This document shows, piece after piece, positions 8,973 to 19,540 of a stretch of DNA of 64,000 nucleotides. Made by a program: the position numbers and the translations under genes. The DNA is from Candidatus Liptonbacteria bacterium (GTDB lineage Bacteria > Patescibacteriota > Minisyncoccia > UBA6257 > 2-01-FULL-56-20): positions 37,431 to 101,430 of the forward strand of contig VGJV01000004.1 of the NCBI GenBank assembly GCA_016867315.1, in the 5' to 3' direction. The number at the start of each line of letters is the position of its first letter. Position 1 is the first letter of the stretch. The notes under the pieces are model-generated. The model saw only the letters and a program-made list of their open reading frames with translations. It searched no databases and had not been told where the DNA came from.

Positions 8973-10298
8973 ATGAACGCGAAGCAGAAATATTTTCAAA
9001 TTGCGCGGGTAATTTGTATAAGTCTCGGACTTTTTTGGCTCGCCCTTAGCCCCGTGGCGCTTCCCATGCTTGGCACTCCCGCGGCCTTCGCCGCCGAAGA
9101 CGAAGATGAACGGGCGAGGCTTGAGGCTGAGCTCAAAGAACTGGAGGCACAGATGGATCAATATGAAGACCAAATTGCGAGTTATAAAAAACAGGGAGGC
9201 TCTCTTAAAAATGAAATCTCCTCTTTGAATAGTAAGGTAGCGAAATTGAATCTTCAGATTCAGGCAATTACCCTCACCATCCGCGAACTCGATAGAAAAA
9301 TCTCGGATACGAAATTTAAAATCCAATCCACCGAAGCCACCCTTCAGTCGCATCGGGAATCCCTCGCTGCGCTCTTGCGAAATCTCCATGCGAGCGAGCA
9401 AGAGGGGCTTTTGAGCGTATTTTTGAAAAACCCGAAACTCTCCGATTTCTTTTCGGATATGAATGGAGTCTTGGCGCTCCAGAATAATGTGCGCGTGGAG
9501 ATAGAAGAAATCTCGGGCCTGCACGAACAGTTAACGGAAGAGCAGGGCCAATTGCTTTTGGCGAAAGCGGATGCGCAAACTGCAAAAGCCTATCAGGACG
9601 CACAGAAAAAACAGGTAGACTCAGTCAAAGCCCAAAAGAACCAGCTTCTCGCAGTTACGAAGGGTCAAGAGTCGAAGTATCAAGCACTTCTCAAAGAAAC
9701 AAAAGAAAATGCCGCGAAAATCAGGAATCGCCTCTTTCAACTTTTAGGGGGAGGAGAAATGAAATTCGAAGAGGCATATGAATATGCAAAACTCGCTTCT
9801 GGAGCAACGGGAGTTAGTGCTGCGCTGATTCTCGCCGTGCTCGATAGGGAATCCGCCCTGGGGCAGAACGTGGGGAAATGCAGCTACAAAACCGCCATGA
9901 GTCCCTCAAACCGTCCTCTATTCGAAAATATTGCGAAGGATTTGGGGTTGAACCCCGAGACTCTTATGGTTTCATGCCCTAACCGGGACGGAGCCTACGG
10001 AGGCGCTATGGGACCGGCGCAATTCATTCCTTCCACGTGGAACTTATATAAGGACAAAGTAGGAAATGTAACTGGTCATCGGCCGCCTTCTCCCTGGAAT
10101 AATGCAGATGCATTCGTGGCCACCGCGCTTTATTTGAAAGACGCGGGGGGTGCGTCTGATTCCGTTGCGGATCAGCGACGAGCGGCTGCGCGTTATTACG
10201 CCGGAGGCAACTGGAGCAGATATCTTTGGACGTATGGAGAAGCGGTCGTGAGCAAAGCCCGCCGATTCGCACAAGACATCGCGGACATCACAAGCTAG
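8973..10298 (+). CDS. Secreted coiled-coil protein with C-terminal lytic transglycosylase domain
   Basis: Signal peptide, long coiled coil, RES catalytic Glu, GAMGPAQFIPSTW. Confidence 0.85.
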   Translation: MNAKQKYFQIARVICISLGLFWLALSPVALPMLGTPAAFAAEDEDERARLEAELKELEAQMDQYEDQIASYKKQGGSLKNEISSLNSKVAKLNLQIQAITLTIRELDRKISDTKFKIQSTEATLQSHRESLAALLRNLHASEQEGLLSVFLKNPKLSDFFSDMNGVLALQNNVRVEIEEISGLHEQLTEEQGQLLLAKADAQTAKAYQDAQKKQVDSVKAQKNQLLAVTKGQESKYQALLKETKENAAKIRNRLFQLLGGGEMKFEEAYEYAKLASGATGVSAALILAVLDRESALGQNVGKCSYKTAMSPSNRPLFENIAKDLGLNPETLMVSCPNRDGAYGGAMGPAQFIPSTWNLYKDKVGNVTGHRPPSPWNNADAFVATALYLKDAGGASDSVADQRRAAARYYAGGNWSRYLWTYGEAVVSKARRFAQDIADITS

Positions 10299-10381
10299 TT
10301 AACGAAATCCTCATCGTGATTCCCGGAAAACGCGCCATGTTTTATTGACAGCGTTTCTTAGGTGGCTCATTATGAAGCGTA

Positions 10382-11659
10382 ATGGTTCCGACTCCTAAAA
10401 AAATAACCCTCCCGAACGGCATCCGGGTGATTCTCGTGCCTCAACCTCAAAATGTGGCGGCGACTGTTCTTATTTTGGTGGAGGCCGGTTCGGAATACGA
10501 ATCGAAAAAGATAAACGGAATCTCTCATTTTCTGGAACATCTGGTTTTTAAGGGTACGAATAAGCGTCCGAAGCCCGGCCAGATTGCGGAAGAGCTTGAT
10601 GCGCTCGGGGCGGAATATAACGCGTTTACGGGCCAAGAATACACCGGATATTGGGCCAAGGCAGAGCATCGCAAACTCCCGCATATTTTGGAACTTATCT
10701 CAGATTTATATTTGAACCCCATATTTAACCCTGCAGAGATAGAAAAAGAGAGGGGAGTAGTGATCGAAGAAATCAATATGTATGAAGACACCCCGATGCG
10801 GCGGGTGCAAGAACTTTTTAGTCGGGCGCTCTACGGAGATCAGCCCGCGGGCTGGGACATTGCCGGCGAAAAAGAAATTATTCGACGTCTCACTCGTGAT
10901 GAAATAATCGAATACCGGCAGGCGCATTACGTCCCTCAAGCCACGACCGTAGTGATCGCAGGGAATTTCAATGCCGCGAAAGGACTAGACAAAATACGCG
11001 GCACTTTTGGAGAACTGAAACCCGCCGCGAAAACGAAGAAGCCGCGCACCCGATTGGGGAAACCGGCCGAGCGTATCCTCACTAAATTTAAAGAGTCAGA
11101 TCAGTCTCATATAGTAGTAGGGGTTCCGGCGTGCACCTTGATGGATGAGAAGCGGCGTTTCCCTCTCGAAGTGCTGGGAAATGTCTTAGGAGGAGGAATG
11201 AGTTCCAGGCTGTTCCGAAAAGTTCGGGAGGAATTGGGAGCTGCCTATTATGTAAGGGCCGGAGGTGATTACTCTATGGATCACGGGCATTTTGCGGTTT
11301 CCGTGGGTGCGGATCACTCCAAGGTTCCCGTGGTGCTCAAAGCCATTATCGAAGAAATGAAACGCCTCACGACCGAGCCGGTGGGCAAAAAAGAACTTGA
11401 TAAAGCCAAGGATCACATCATTGGGGGAATTTTCCTCGGCATCGAAACCTCGGATGAGCTGGCGAGCTTTTATGGAGGGCAGGAAATCCTTACCCGGAAG
11501 CTCGAAAGCCCCGAAGCCATCGTGAAAAAGATCCAAAAAGTGACCCCGGAGGACATCCGGGCCGTGGCCAAAACCTTCTTCAAAGACCCGATGCTTTCCT
11601 TAACTGCCATCGGGCCCTACAAAGACAAGCGCCAATTCCAGAAACTTTTGCGCTTGTAG
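10382..11659 (+). CDS. M16-family zinc peptidase
   Basis: Inverted zincin motif HFLEH, NAFT, GGGMSSRLF. Confidence 0.93.
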   Translation: MVPTPKKITLPNGIRVILVPQPQNVAATVLILVEAGSEYESKKINGISHFLEHLVFKGTNKRPKPGQIAEELDALGAEYNAFTGQEYTGYWAKAEHRKLPHILELISDLYLNPIFNPAEIEKERGVVIEEINMYEDTPMRRVQELFSRALYGDQPAGWDIAGEKEIIRRLTRDEIIEYRQAHYVPQATTVVIAGNFNAAKGLDKIRGTFGELKPAAKTKKPRTRLGKPAERILTKFKESDQSHIVVGVPACTLMDEKRRFPLEVLGNVLGGGMSSRLFRKVREELGAAYYVRAGGDYSMDHGHFAVSVGADHSKVPVVLKAIIEEMKRLTTEPVGKKELDKAKDHIIGGIFLGIETSDELASFYGGQEILTRKLESPEAIVKKIQKVTPEDIRAVAKTFFKDPMLSLTAIGPYKDKRQFQKLLRL

Positions 11660-11707
11660 TCCGTTATTTAGAGTAAGCACTCCCCGAAAAGGAGGGTTTT
11701 AGGTTAG

Positions 11708-11978
11708 GAGCCTATCTCACAAATACTCATGTCTCGCGATACGAACCAATTTTATGAAGCTCAAGGAGCCAGGCCGACGACGTACTCGGAGAGTACGATG
11801 AGGCCGCAGCAACGCAGAGATGCGGAAAATTGGCCGTATCCCTCTGGGTTTCGTCTCTTTTCTCGCTCCGCCTTGTTGCTCCTCGGAGCTGTGCCTCAAG
11901 CACTAATCTCCTCGTCGCGCCTCGCGTATCAAGAAAAGAGTCGGAAACGCGAAAGTATGATATTTGTGAGATAGGCTC
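11708..11978. mobile_element. MITE-like non-autonomous element, 271 bp
   Basis: 18-bp perfect terminal inverted repeats gagcctatctcacaaata (11708-11725) / tatttgtgagataggctc (11961-11978); flanked by ttag and taa; no transposase. Confidence 0.75.
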
Positions 11979-11980
11979 TA

Positions 11981-13003
11981 ATGGAGAAGAAAGTGATAGA
12001 AATTTCATGGGCCAGCCTTTGGCGGATCCTTATTTTTGGCGTGTTTGTGGCTGCCCTCTATATCGGAAGAGAAATTGTGCTCGGGGTATTCTTGGCGCTT
12101 GTGATATCCTCGGGCTTGGAGGTCGCAGTGAGCTTCTTGGAGCGAAAGGGGCTGCCGAGGACATTCGGGGTAATTCTCGTATTTTTGATAGGGCTCATGG
12201 CGCTTTCTTTGGTGATTTACACGGTGATTCCTTTTGCCATAGTAGATTTGAATAGCGTGCTCGCCAATTTGGGTAAAAGCGCGTCAAATTCTTGGTGGGG
12301 TTCAATAATTACTCCCGAAGCCACTCAATCCGTAAGTGAATTCGCCAACCGTTTCTCCCAGGTGCTTTTTTATGGCGACGTATCTCCCTTCGCAATTTTC
12401 TCTCGAGCGCTAGGGAATATGGTATTGGGGGTAGCGATTCTCGTAAGCTCGTTCTACTTGAGTTTAAGTAAGGACGGAGTGGAGCGTTTCATTAAAGTAG
12501 TATTTCCGCCGGATTATGAAGCGGCCGCCTTGCGTATTTATCAGCGCTCGCGGAAAAAAATCGGCTTTTGGTTCCGAACGCAAATTTTACTTTCGTTCTT
12601 AGTAGGATTACTCACCTGGGCCGCGCTCTTTATGTTGGGGGTTCGGCATGCCTTCCTTATCGGGGTGCTTTCGGGAATATTTGAGCTTGTGCCTTTTGCG
12701 GGACCTATTATCGCGGGCGCGATCGGAGTGCTTTCCGCCTTCGCGACCTCTCCTTCGCTTGCGTTTTACACGTTGCTCGTCTTTATTGCGATCCAGCAAT
12801 TGGAATCCCATGTACTTGTGCCCCTTATTACAAACAAAGCGGTAGGACTTCACCCGGTGATAGTGATCGTGTCAATTCTTATTGGTGCGGAAGTGGCGGG
12901 CTTTTGGGGAGCGTTGATCGCAGTTCCCGCGGCCGCAGTGTTTCAGGAAATTGCTGAAGATTGGTCTTCGATGAAACGAGGGAAGACGGCGGTCACTGTG
13001 TAA
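11981..13003 (+). CDS. AI-2E family transporter
   Basis: Multi-TM protein with ELVPFAGP, QQLESHVLVP, GLHPV, GALIAVP. Confidence 0.92.
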   Translation: MEKKVIEISWASLWRILIFGVFVAALYIGREIVLGVFLALVISSGLEVAVSFLERKGLPRTFGVILVFLIGLMALSLVIYTVIPFAIVDLNSVLANLGKSASNSWWGSIITPEATQSVSEFANRFSQVLFYGDVSPFAIFSRALGNMVLGVAILVSSFYLSLSKDGVERFIKVVFPPDYEAAALRIYQRSRKKIGFWFRTQILLSFLVGLLTWAALFMLGVRHAFLIGVLSGIFELVPFAGPIIAGAIGVLSAFATSPSLAFYTLLVFIAIQQLESHVLVPLITNKAVGLHPVIVIVSILIGAEVAGFWGALIAVPAAAVFQEIAEDWSSMKRGKTAVTV

Positions 13004-13057
13004 GATTCGAAGCGGCTTATTGGTGATTAGTCATTTTTGAGGTATATTCGGGGTATT

Positions 13058-14557
13058 GTGGCTCAAAAATTCTACATTACGACGACGTTGCCGTATGTAA
13101 ATGCCGCGCCGCATATCGGCTTTGCATTGGAACTTGCCCAAGCGGATGCGATCGCACGGCACCAAGCCTCTCAAAATAAAGAGGTTTTTTTGAACACTGG
13201 TACGGATGAACACGGCCTAAAGATTTATGAGAAGGCCAAAGAAGAGGGAAAAACTCCTCAGGAGTTTGTAGATGAATATGCAGAGAAGTTTCGAGGGCTA
13301 GTGGAAGCCATGAATGTGAAGTGCTCCAAGTTTATTCGTACTACCGAGCCAGAGCATAAAAAAGCGGCAGCTGAGTTTTGGAAGCGATGCGTGGCGAATG
13401 TAAATGAAAAAGGAGAGTCGGATATTTATAAAGCCAAGTATGAAACGAAATATTGTGTGGGGTGCGAGTTGGAGAAAACCGACTCCGAATTAATAGAAGG
13501 AAAATGCCCGATTCACCCTAATTTAAAAATTGAAGAACGTGAAGAAGAAAACTATTTTTTCCGTTTTTCTCGATATGAAAAACCTCTCTTGGAGCTCTAT
13601 GAAGAGTGTACGGATTTTGTGGTGCCGGATTTCCGTCTTGAGGAAATTCGAAGTTTTGTGAGCGCCGGCCTTAAAGACTTCAGCATCTCGAGATTAAAAG
13701 CAAAAATGCCGTGGGGAGTGCCAGTACCCGGAGATCCGAAGCACGTGATGTATGTATGGTTTGATGCGCTGATAAACTACATCTCCACATTGGGATGGCC
13801 CGCAAATGAGAAGACTTTCACGAGCTACTGGGGCACGAAAAGTTCTCGGAGCGGATTTCAAATTGCGGGGAAGGATAACTTGCGCCAGCAGTCTGCAATG
13901 TGGCAAGCAATGCTTATGTCCGCAGAATTACCGAACTCTCGAAAAATTTTTATCCATGGCTTCATTACGAGCGAAGGCGAAAAAATGTCGAAATCGCTGG
14001 GGAATGTGGTAGATCCGATGAAGGTAATAGGCCAATACGGCGCAGACCCTGTCCGTTACTATTTGCTTCGCGAAATCCCTACCGGCGAAGATGGAGACTG
14101 GAGCGAAACCAAATTCAAAGAGCGGTATAATGCTGACTTGGCGAACGGTCTCGGCAACTTTGTGGCGCGGGTCACGGCGCTTGCTGCGCGGGAGAAAAAA
14201 ATCGCGCGCGCGCACGAGGTGCCAAAAGAAGTGTTCGATCGCATTAAGGAAACCAGAAAAGATGTATCGCAAAAGATCGAAGCGTTCCGATTGCATGAAG
14301 CCCTCGCCAGTCTTTGGGCGCTTATTACCTTTGGAGACGAATATGTAAATCAAAAAGAGCCCTGGAAAATGGAGAATGAAGAAGAAAGAGTAGAAGTGAT
14401 ATTTACGTTACTCTCGATCTTGAGCGAAGTAGGGGAGATGCTTAAACCTTTCTTACCCGCGACTGCCGAAAAAATCCTTGCTTCGGTAGAATGGCAGAGC
14501 GAAGACGACACAATAAAAATAAACCGCGGCCCCGCATTGTTTCCTAGGCTCGAATAG
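13058..14557 (+). CDS. metG: Methionine--tRNA ligase
   Basis: FYITTTLPYVNAAPHIG, GTDEHG, YVWFDALINY, KMSKS; GTG start chosen. Confidence 0.97.
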   Translation: MAQKFYITTTLPYVNAAPHIGFALELAQADAIARHQASQNKEVFLNTGTDEHGLKIYEKAKEEGKTPQEFVDEYAEKFRGLVEAMNVKCSKFIRTTEPEHKKAAAEFWKRCVANVNEKGESDIYKAKYETKYCVGCELEKTDSELIEGKCPIHPNLKIEEREEENYFFRFSRYEKPLLELYEECTDFVVPDFRLEEIRSFVSAGLKDFSISRLKAKMPWGVPVPGDPKHVMYVWFDALINYISTLGWPANEKTFTSYWGTKSSRSGFQIAGKDNLRQQSAMWQAMLMSAELPNSRKIFIHGFITSEGEKMSKSLGNVVDPMKVIGQYGADPVRYYLLREIPTGEDGDWSETKFKERYNADLANGLGNFVARVTALAAREKKIARAHEVPKEVFDRIKETRKDVSQKIEAFRLHEALASLWALITFGDEYVNQKEPWKMENEEERVEVIFTLLSILSEVGEMLKPFLPATAEKILASVEWQSEDDTIKINRGPALFPRLE

Positions 14558-14603
14558 CGAATTCCGAATCATTCACAATTCCAAATTCTATATTCCCAAT
14601 TCC

Positions 14604-15473
14604 ATGTATTTCGACGCTCACACGCACACGCACTTTGCGGCATTCCAAAATGATTGGAAGGAAGTCATGGAGCGGGCGCTTGCCGCGGGAATTTGGATGG
14701 TGAACATCGGCACGCAGAAAGATACTTCCAAAAAAGCGGTGGAAGTGGCGCATGAGTTTAAGGAAGGGGTCTATGCAGCGGTAGGCATTCACCCCCTCCA
14801 TACTTCGAAATCTCATCACGACGCCGAAGAGTTAGGAGGAGGAGAAGCGACGAAAGCTTTCACTAGTCGGGGAGAGATTTTCGATCACGATTATTATCTA
14901 AAACTGGCACGGGATCCTAAAACGGTGGCAATCGGAGAATGCGGCCTCGATTACTACCATGTGCCTCCGGACGCTCAAACTGCACCCGACCTTGAGGAGA
15001 GTAAAGTAAGGCAAAAAGAGGCCTTTATAGAGCACATTAAGCTCGCCCAGGAAGTGGGGAAGCCGCTCATGATTCATTGCCGAGATGGAAAGAAAAATGC
15101 TACGGGTCCTGCCTATGACGATTTGATTGCAATTTTAGAAGCGCACAAGCTCGCCGGGGCTTTTGTAAGTCACTCATTCGTGCGAGACATCAGACTAGCC
15201 AAAAAACTTTCGGAACTCGGTTCCTATTTTACCTTCAATGGCATCATCACGTTTACGGAAGATTATGACGAAACCATCCGTTCTATTCCCTTGGATAGAA
15301 TTTTGACGGAAACCGATGCCCCCTATCTCACTCCCGTGCCATATCGCGGCAAGCGCAATGAACCGGGATACGTAGTGGAGATTGTAAAGAAGCTCGCAGA
15401 ATTGAAGAACGTGCCTCTCGAAGAGATGGCGAACATCACTTTTGAGAACGCTCGAAGAGTGTTTAATATATAG
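14604..15473 (+). CDS. tatD: TatD-family hydrolase
   Basis: DAHTH, GIHP, IGECGLD, IHCR, ETDAPYL. Confidence 0.93.
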   Translation: MYFDAHTHTHFAAFQNDWKEVMERALAAGIWMVNIGTQKDTSKKAVEVAHEFKEGVYAAVGIHPLHTSKSHHDAEELGGGEATKAFTSRGEIFDHDYYLKLARDPKTVAIGECGLDYYHVPPDAQTAPDLEESKVRQKEAFIEHIKLAQEVGKPLMIHCRDGKKNATGPAYDDLIAILEAHKLAGAFVSHSFVRDIRLAKKLSELGSYFTFNGIITFTEDYDETIRSIPLDRILTETDAPYLTPVPYRGKRNEPGYVVEIVKKLAELKNVPLEEMANITFENARRVFNI

Positions 15474-15519
15474 ATATTCTTAATCCCGACGATCGTCGGG
15501 ATTAAGAATATTTTGGGTA

Positions 15520-16290
15520 TCAAGTTTTAATTATGTGGCGCTGCAGGGAGGTAGTGATTATAAGCTTACAACGGGAATCAATATAAAAATTAATCTCACT
15601 CCGAATCCCGAATTTACCCGGAAGATAAATCCCGGGTTCTATCGTATACCCCACATTTTTTTGGAGCCGTTGAGGAAATTTCGGACTAATATTGACTCCT
15701 TTTCCGTGAGGGGAAGCAAAGCCGATACAGTGCCCTCCATGATAAAAATATTCTCCGTAGCCAGCACTCCATATTGCCTGGCGAGCAACAAGATCGATTT
15801 CCGCTCCAGTGGGAATTTTCTTTTTTTCTAAGTTGTTTTCTAGATATTTCACACAGGCATCCCGAGCGCCAATAACAATATCGAAAACCTTCTGGATCTC
15901 TGAAGGTATTTTTCGGCCGTGAAACGCAACCCAAGTGATATCGGCGAAAGGAGATCGTGATTTGCGAAGGCGGGCCCAAATATCAAGGAGTATTAAAGTA
16001 TTCGGAGCGAGTTTCGCTGAATTTTCGGAGGGAGGAAAGTAATGAATGCTTGCTGCATGTTCGTTGAATGCCACGATTTGAGTGTCGAAAGGTTTAGGCG
16101 AAGCTAAGTTATTTTTTCTAAATTCTTCCCGCACAAACTGTTCGATTTCATATTCCGTTATCTTGGGATGTGAGCGAACATACTCCCAAACATGCCGGGT
16201 AATAGAAGTAAGGAGGTCTGCGGCACGCGAGTGTCTCGCAATTTCTCCTGAATCCCATCCCGTTAGAAATTTACGCGATGAATTTTTCAT
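15520..16290 (-). CDS. M24-family metallopeptidase (aminopeptidase P-like)
   Basis: DIW...ADIT, GHCIG, TIEPGIYLPGKFGIRSE. Confidence 0.88.
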   Translation of the reverse strand: MKNSSRKFLTGWDSGEIARHSRAADLLTSITRHVWEYVRSHPKITEYEIEQFVREEFRKNNLASPKPFDTQIVAFNEHAASIHYFPPSENSAKLAPNTLILLDIWARLRKSRSPFADITWVAFHGRKIPSEIQKVFDIVIGARDACVKYLENNLEKKKIPTGAEIDLVARQAIWSAGYGEYFYHGGHCIGFASPHGKGVNISPKFPQRLQKNVGYTIEPGIYLPGKFGIRSEINFYIDSRCKLIITTSLQRHIIKT

Positions 16291-16349
16291 AACGTTACAC
16301 CATTCTTTTTATTGTTGATCCGCTCTGCGAGAAGAATTAGCCGCTATTT

Positions 16350-16865
16350 CTAACGGGACCGGAATAATTCGATAGTGTTAGCCACTTCCTCGCGGATTCC
16401 TTTGATGCAGTCGTATTGTGTGATCTCTTCTGCATTTACCCAGGCGTGAGCCGAGAAAGAGTCTTTCTCCAGTATGACTTCTCCGGATTTATATTTTGCG
16501 GCGAACTTAACCAATACGACCGGAATTCCATCGGGTCGCACAAAAGCCACGCTGTTCAAATATCGAAGCTCTTTTTCAATTTCTATCCCAGCTTCTTCAC
16601 GAACTTCTCGCGCAAGCAGCTCTTCTATGGCATTTTCAAAATCCAAAACGTCCCCGTTTATTCGGGTAGGATGTCGGAGATCGAGTGCATTCCATTCCAG
16701 TTTCCCTCCCGGTACGCAATATTTCCCCGGATGCACTTTTTCCCTATCGTTGCGTTTCAATATCAAGCAGCGACTATCCGAGGGTCGGTAAATAGCCACG
16801 TTCGCTACAAAGTAAAACAGCTTATCGCTTTTGGCATGTTCCAAACTTATTTTTTCTGCAGGCAT
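16350..16865 (-). CDS. NUDIX hydrolase
   Basis: PGGKLE...AREVREEAG Nudix box with an insertion. Confidence 0.85.
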   Translation of the reverse strand: MPAEKISLEHAKSDKLFYFVANVAIYRPSDSRCLILKRNDREKVHPGKYCVPGGKLEWNALDLRHPTRINGDVLDFENAIEELLAREVREEAGIEIEKELRYLNSVAFVRPDGIPVVLVKFAAKYKSGEVILEKDSFSAHAWVNAEEITQYDCIKGIREEVANTIELFRSR

Positions 16866-16888
16866 GAAATTGAATGGAGAATTATGAA

Positions 16889-17500
16889 TTAAGAATTATG
16901 CATAATTCCGTTGCGCGCGAGCGCAACAGTATAGGTTTTCCCTTGCCGCACTTTTTCGTAATTGCCGAATACCTCCTGAAAGTTTCTCTTCACAAATTCT
17001 TTGAGGCCGGAGACGGTAACAAGATATATCTTTCCTCCGGGTTTCAAATGCGTTTTGGCATCGTGGAGAAATATCGAAAGCAGTTCTCGTCCACCTTGCG
17101 CGGGAGGATTTGAAAGAATTACATCGAACTTTTTGTCGGGAGCTACGTGACTCAAAAGATTGCTTAAGTACGCGGTCGCATGCGCAAGACGATTCTTCGA
17201 GGCATTCTTTTTTGCATAGTTCACCGCCACGAAATCTTTATCGACAAGGTCTACGGTGCCTTGAGGCGCGAGAGCGGCGGCAAAAAGCCCGAGTACTCCG
17301 TAGCCGCAGCCCACATCGAGAATCGCATCCGTAGGGCGAATTTCCATTTCTTCGATCAAAAGCCGCGACCCTTCGTCCACCGCCGTGGGGCTAAAAAGCC
17401 CCCAGGTAGCATGAAAGGTGAGTGAATGCTCCCGCAGAGAGGCGGAGAAGACATTATCTTCTTTTAAATCCTCGATTTTTTCGGGAGGGAGAGGCGCCAT
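16889..17500 (-). CDS. Class I SAM methyltransferase (RsmC/MTS-like)
   Basis: GLFSPTAVDEGSRLL, DVGCGYG, SNPP. Confidence 0.88.
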   Translation of the reverse strand: MAPLPPEKIEDLKEDNVFSASLREHSLTFHATWGLFSPTAVDEGSRLLIEEMEIRPTDAILDVGCGYGVLGLFAAALAPQGTVDLVDKDFVAVNYAKKNASKNRLAHATAYLSNLLSHVAPDKKFDVILSNPPAQGGRELLSIFLHDAKTHLKPGGKIYLVTVSGLKEFVKRNFQEVFGNYEKVRQGKTYTVALARNGIMHNS

Positions 17501-17541
17501 ATATGCTTCGGATTCTAGCGCCTTTTTGGTAAAATAAAAAC

Positions 17542-18525
17542 ATGGCTGACTATACGGGCATGAGTACGACGAGACCGCGAACTACGGCGGGGGATTTTTT
17601 CTTGCATTTGGGAGTGGTAGCCACGCTCTATTTTGCCGCAGGGAATCTCATTTCTTTACTATTCGACATTATAAATATTGCTTTCCCAGATAGGCTTTCT
17701 CGAGTCACGGATTTCTATTCTTCAGGCATCCGCTTTGCACTCGCGTCGCTCATCATCATTTTCCCGTTATATTTATACTTGAACCGCTATCTTGCGCGCG
17801 ACATGGATCGCTCGCCGGAGAAGCGTGATTTAGGGATCCGCAAATGGCTCTTCTACTTCACTCTTTTTCTTGCGGGCGCGATCGTAGCGGGGGATTTAGT
17901 GGCGGTGTTGAACACCTTTTTGCGCGGAGAGATCACGGTGCGATTTATATTGAAAGCCCTTACCGTACTTCTCGTGGCGGGCAGCGTATTTTGGTATTAC
18001 CTTAAAGAACTGCGTTCTGCGACGCCCGGCTCACTTACGCGAGTATGGAATATTGGCTCAGGAGTTGTAGTGCTTGCCGCAGTGATTGGCGGGTTCATGG
18101 TGAGCGGCTCTCCCATGCGGGCGCGCGACTTGCGTTTCGATGAACAGCGGGTAGGCGATCTTCAAAATATCCAGTGGCAGGTGGTGAACTACTGGCAGAC
18201 CAAAGGTAAATTACCCGCATCGCTTGCCGAACTCAAAGACCCGATCGGAGGCTATGAAGCGCCTCGCGATCCCTTAACCGATGCGGCCTACGAGTATTCC
18301 GTAAAAGGTGAGCGAGTTTTCTCTTTGTGCGCCACCTTCGCGCTACCCACCCGCACGGATGCGTTCGGAAAATCGATTTCTGAAAGCTACTATGGTCCCT
18401 CGACGGGAGATAATTGGCAGCACGAGGAGGGAAGAACTTGTTTCGACCGCACAATCGATCCTGAGCGTTATCCGCCTCGCACCTCTGAACCTGTTCCCGT
18501 GAAGCCAATCCCGGCACCGAGATAG
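17542..18525 (+). CDS. Membrane protein, DUF5671-like, with C-terminal pilin-like extracellular domain
   Basis: About five TM segments, IRKWLFYFTLF, DEQRVGDL, DPLT..YEY..F.LCA.F. Confidence 0.75.
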   Translation: MADYTGMSTTRPRTTAGDFFLHLGVVATLYFAAGNLISLLFDIINIAFPDRLSRVTDFYSSGIRFALASLIIIFPLYLYLNRYLARDMDRSPEKRDLGIRKWLFYFTLFLAGAIVAGDLVAVLNTFLRGEITVRFILKALTVLLVAGSVFWYYLKELRSATPGSLTRVWNIGSGVVVLAAVIGGFMVSGSPMRARDLRFDEQRVGDLQNIQWQVVNYWQTKGKLPASLAELKDPIGGYEAPRDPLTDAAYEYSVKGERVFSLCATFALPTRTDAFGKSISESYYGPSTGDNWQHEEGRTCFDRTIDPERYPPRTSEPVPVKPIPAPR

Positions 18526-18533
18526 CGCAACTC

Positions 18534-18583
18534 TTGCCTTTTTCATTAAATAATGGTATAGATTACCCACTGCTCTTTGAGAG
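18534..18583 (+). promoter_or_regulatory. Putative sigma70 promoter plus boxA-like motif for the DGR target gene
   Basis: TTGCCT-17 nt-TATAGA (18534-18562); tgctctttga at 18571-18580; RBS aaggag upstream of ATG 18695. Confidence 0.55.
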
Positions 18584-18694
18584 TTTATATCGCGTGAAAT
18601 ACAAGTAGCGGCGAGCTCCCAAAGGCACTAGCGTCAAGTCCTCATTTTTGAATGGTGGACGGGACGCACATCGAAAGAAAGGAGAATTGTCCTT

Positions 18695-19408
18695 ATGATA
18701 TTCTCATTGATAGAAACTGCAAAATCCGAGCGACGACAGCCAACTGGTAATGAAAAAGAGCAATTCCGGAGGCAGCTTCGGGATATGGAAGACCGGTATA
18801 TGGCGGGCGGCATGGTTCCTGGAAAGGGACTTACCGCCACTCTTCAAAAAATTTCAGAAGGGTGGGTACTCAACGAAGCGGGAATCGCGGTGCCAGAGCG
18901 ACAGCCAACCGAGCTTTTCCTGGATAAACCTATTCAGCACGCCCATCTCCAATTTATTTCGGAGTTTGAAGCGGAAATCCCTGTGGATGCCACACTCGAC
19001 AGCACTCCACGCACTGCATATTGCCCAGGCGGGTGGAATTCGAATATCACCGACTCGAATTTCCGCACCTCGCTTGTGCCGGGGAAGAAGTATATGGCCG
19101 AAGTCTATTGGCTGCGCCGGAACAAGAGTTCCGAATCCCTCGTAAAAATCGCTGATGAGCAAAAGCGAATCTTGCCGGGAGCTTTAGGCGGTGCAATCCT
19201 TACGAGCCGTTATGGAGACAAACTCCCGAAAGATTTCTGGGTAGTGTGTCTCGACAAGCCGGAAAACCTTTGGCGCGGTGCGGGCGTCTTGCTTGTCCCG
19301 TTCTTCCGCTGGGATGGCATCGGTTGGAACTTCTTCCTGAGCTTCTGGCTCGGCGTCTGGGATCAGGGCTTCTACATCGTGCTTTTCCGCGAGGTTTCAA
19401 ATCCTTAG
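18695..19408 (+). CDS. DGR target protein with C-terminal variable region
   Basis: 237-aa ORF whose last ~45 codons contain the VR; the C-type-lectin-like fold typical of DGR targets is inferred, not shown. Confidence 0.9.
   Translation: MIFSLIETAKSERRQPTGNEKEQFRRQLRDMEDRYMAGGMVPGKGLTATLQKISEGWVLNEAGIAVPERQPTELFLDKPIQHAHLQFISEFEAEIPVDATLDSTPRTAYCPGGWNSNITDSNFRTSLVPGKKYMAEVYWLRRNKSSESLVKIADEQKRILPGALGGAILTSRYGDKLPKDFWVVCLDKPENLWRGAGVLLVPFFRWDGIGWNFFLSFWLGVWDQGFYIVLFREVSNP
19271..19390 (+). repeat. DGR variable repeat (VR)
   Basis: Ungapped match to 19762-19881 with 23 mismatches by manual count, all opposite TR A; shared 3' end ctacatcgtgcttttccgc. Confidence 0.96.
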
Positions 19409-19520
19409 TCCTTGGGACTTTGGATCAATTGAGCTTGGACCCTTGGGCACTTTGTGCTTGAGGGTTCTCGCATTTTTGTATACTGAATCTGGATAGTAGG
19501 CGAATATGCGCGCGGTCAAG

Positions 19521-19540
19521 CCTGCCTGCCGGTAGGCAGG
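19521..19540. repeat. Short palindromic repeat cctgcctgccggtaggcagg
   Basis: Self-complementary 20-mer between VR and TR. Confidence 0.65.
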
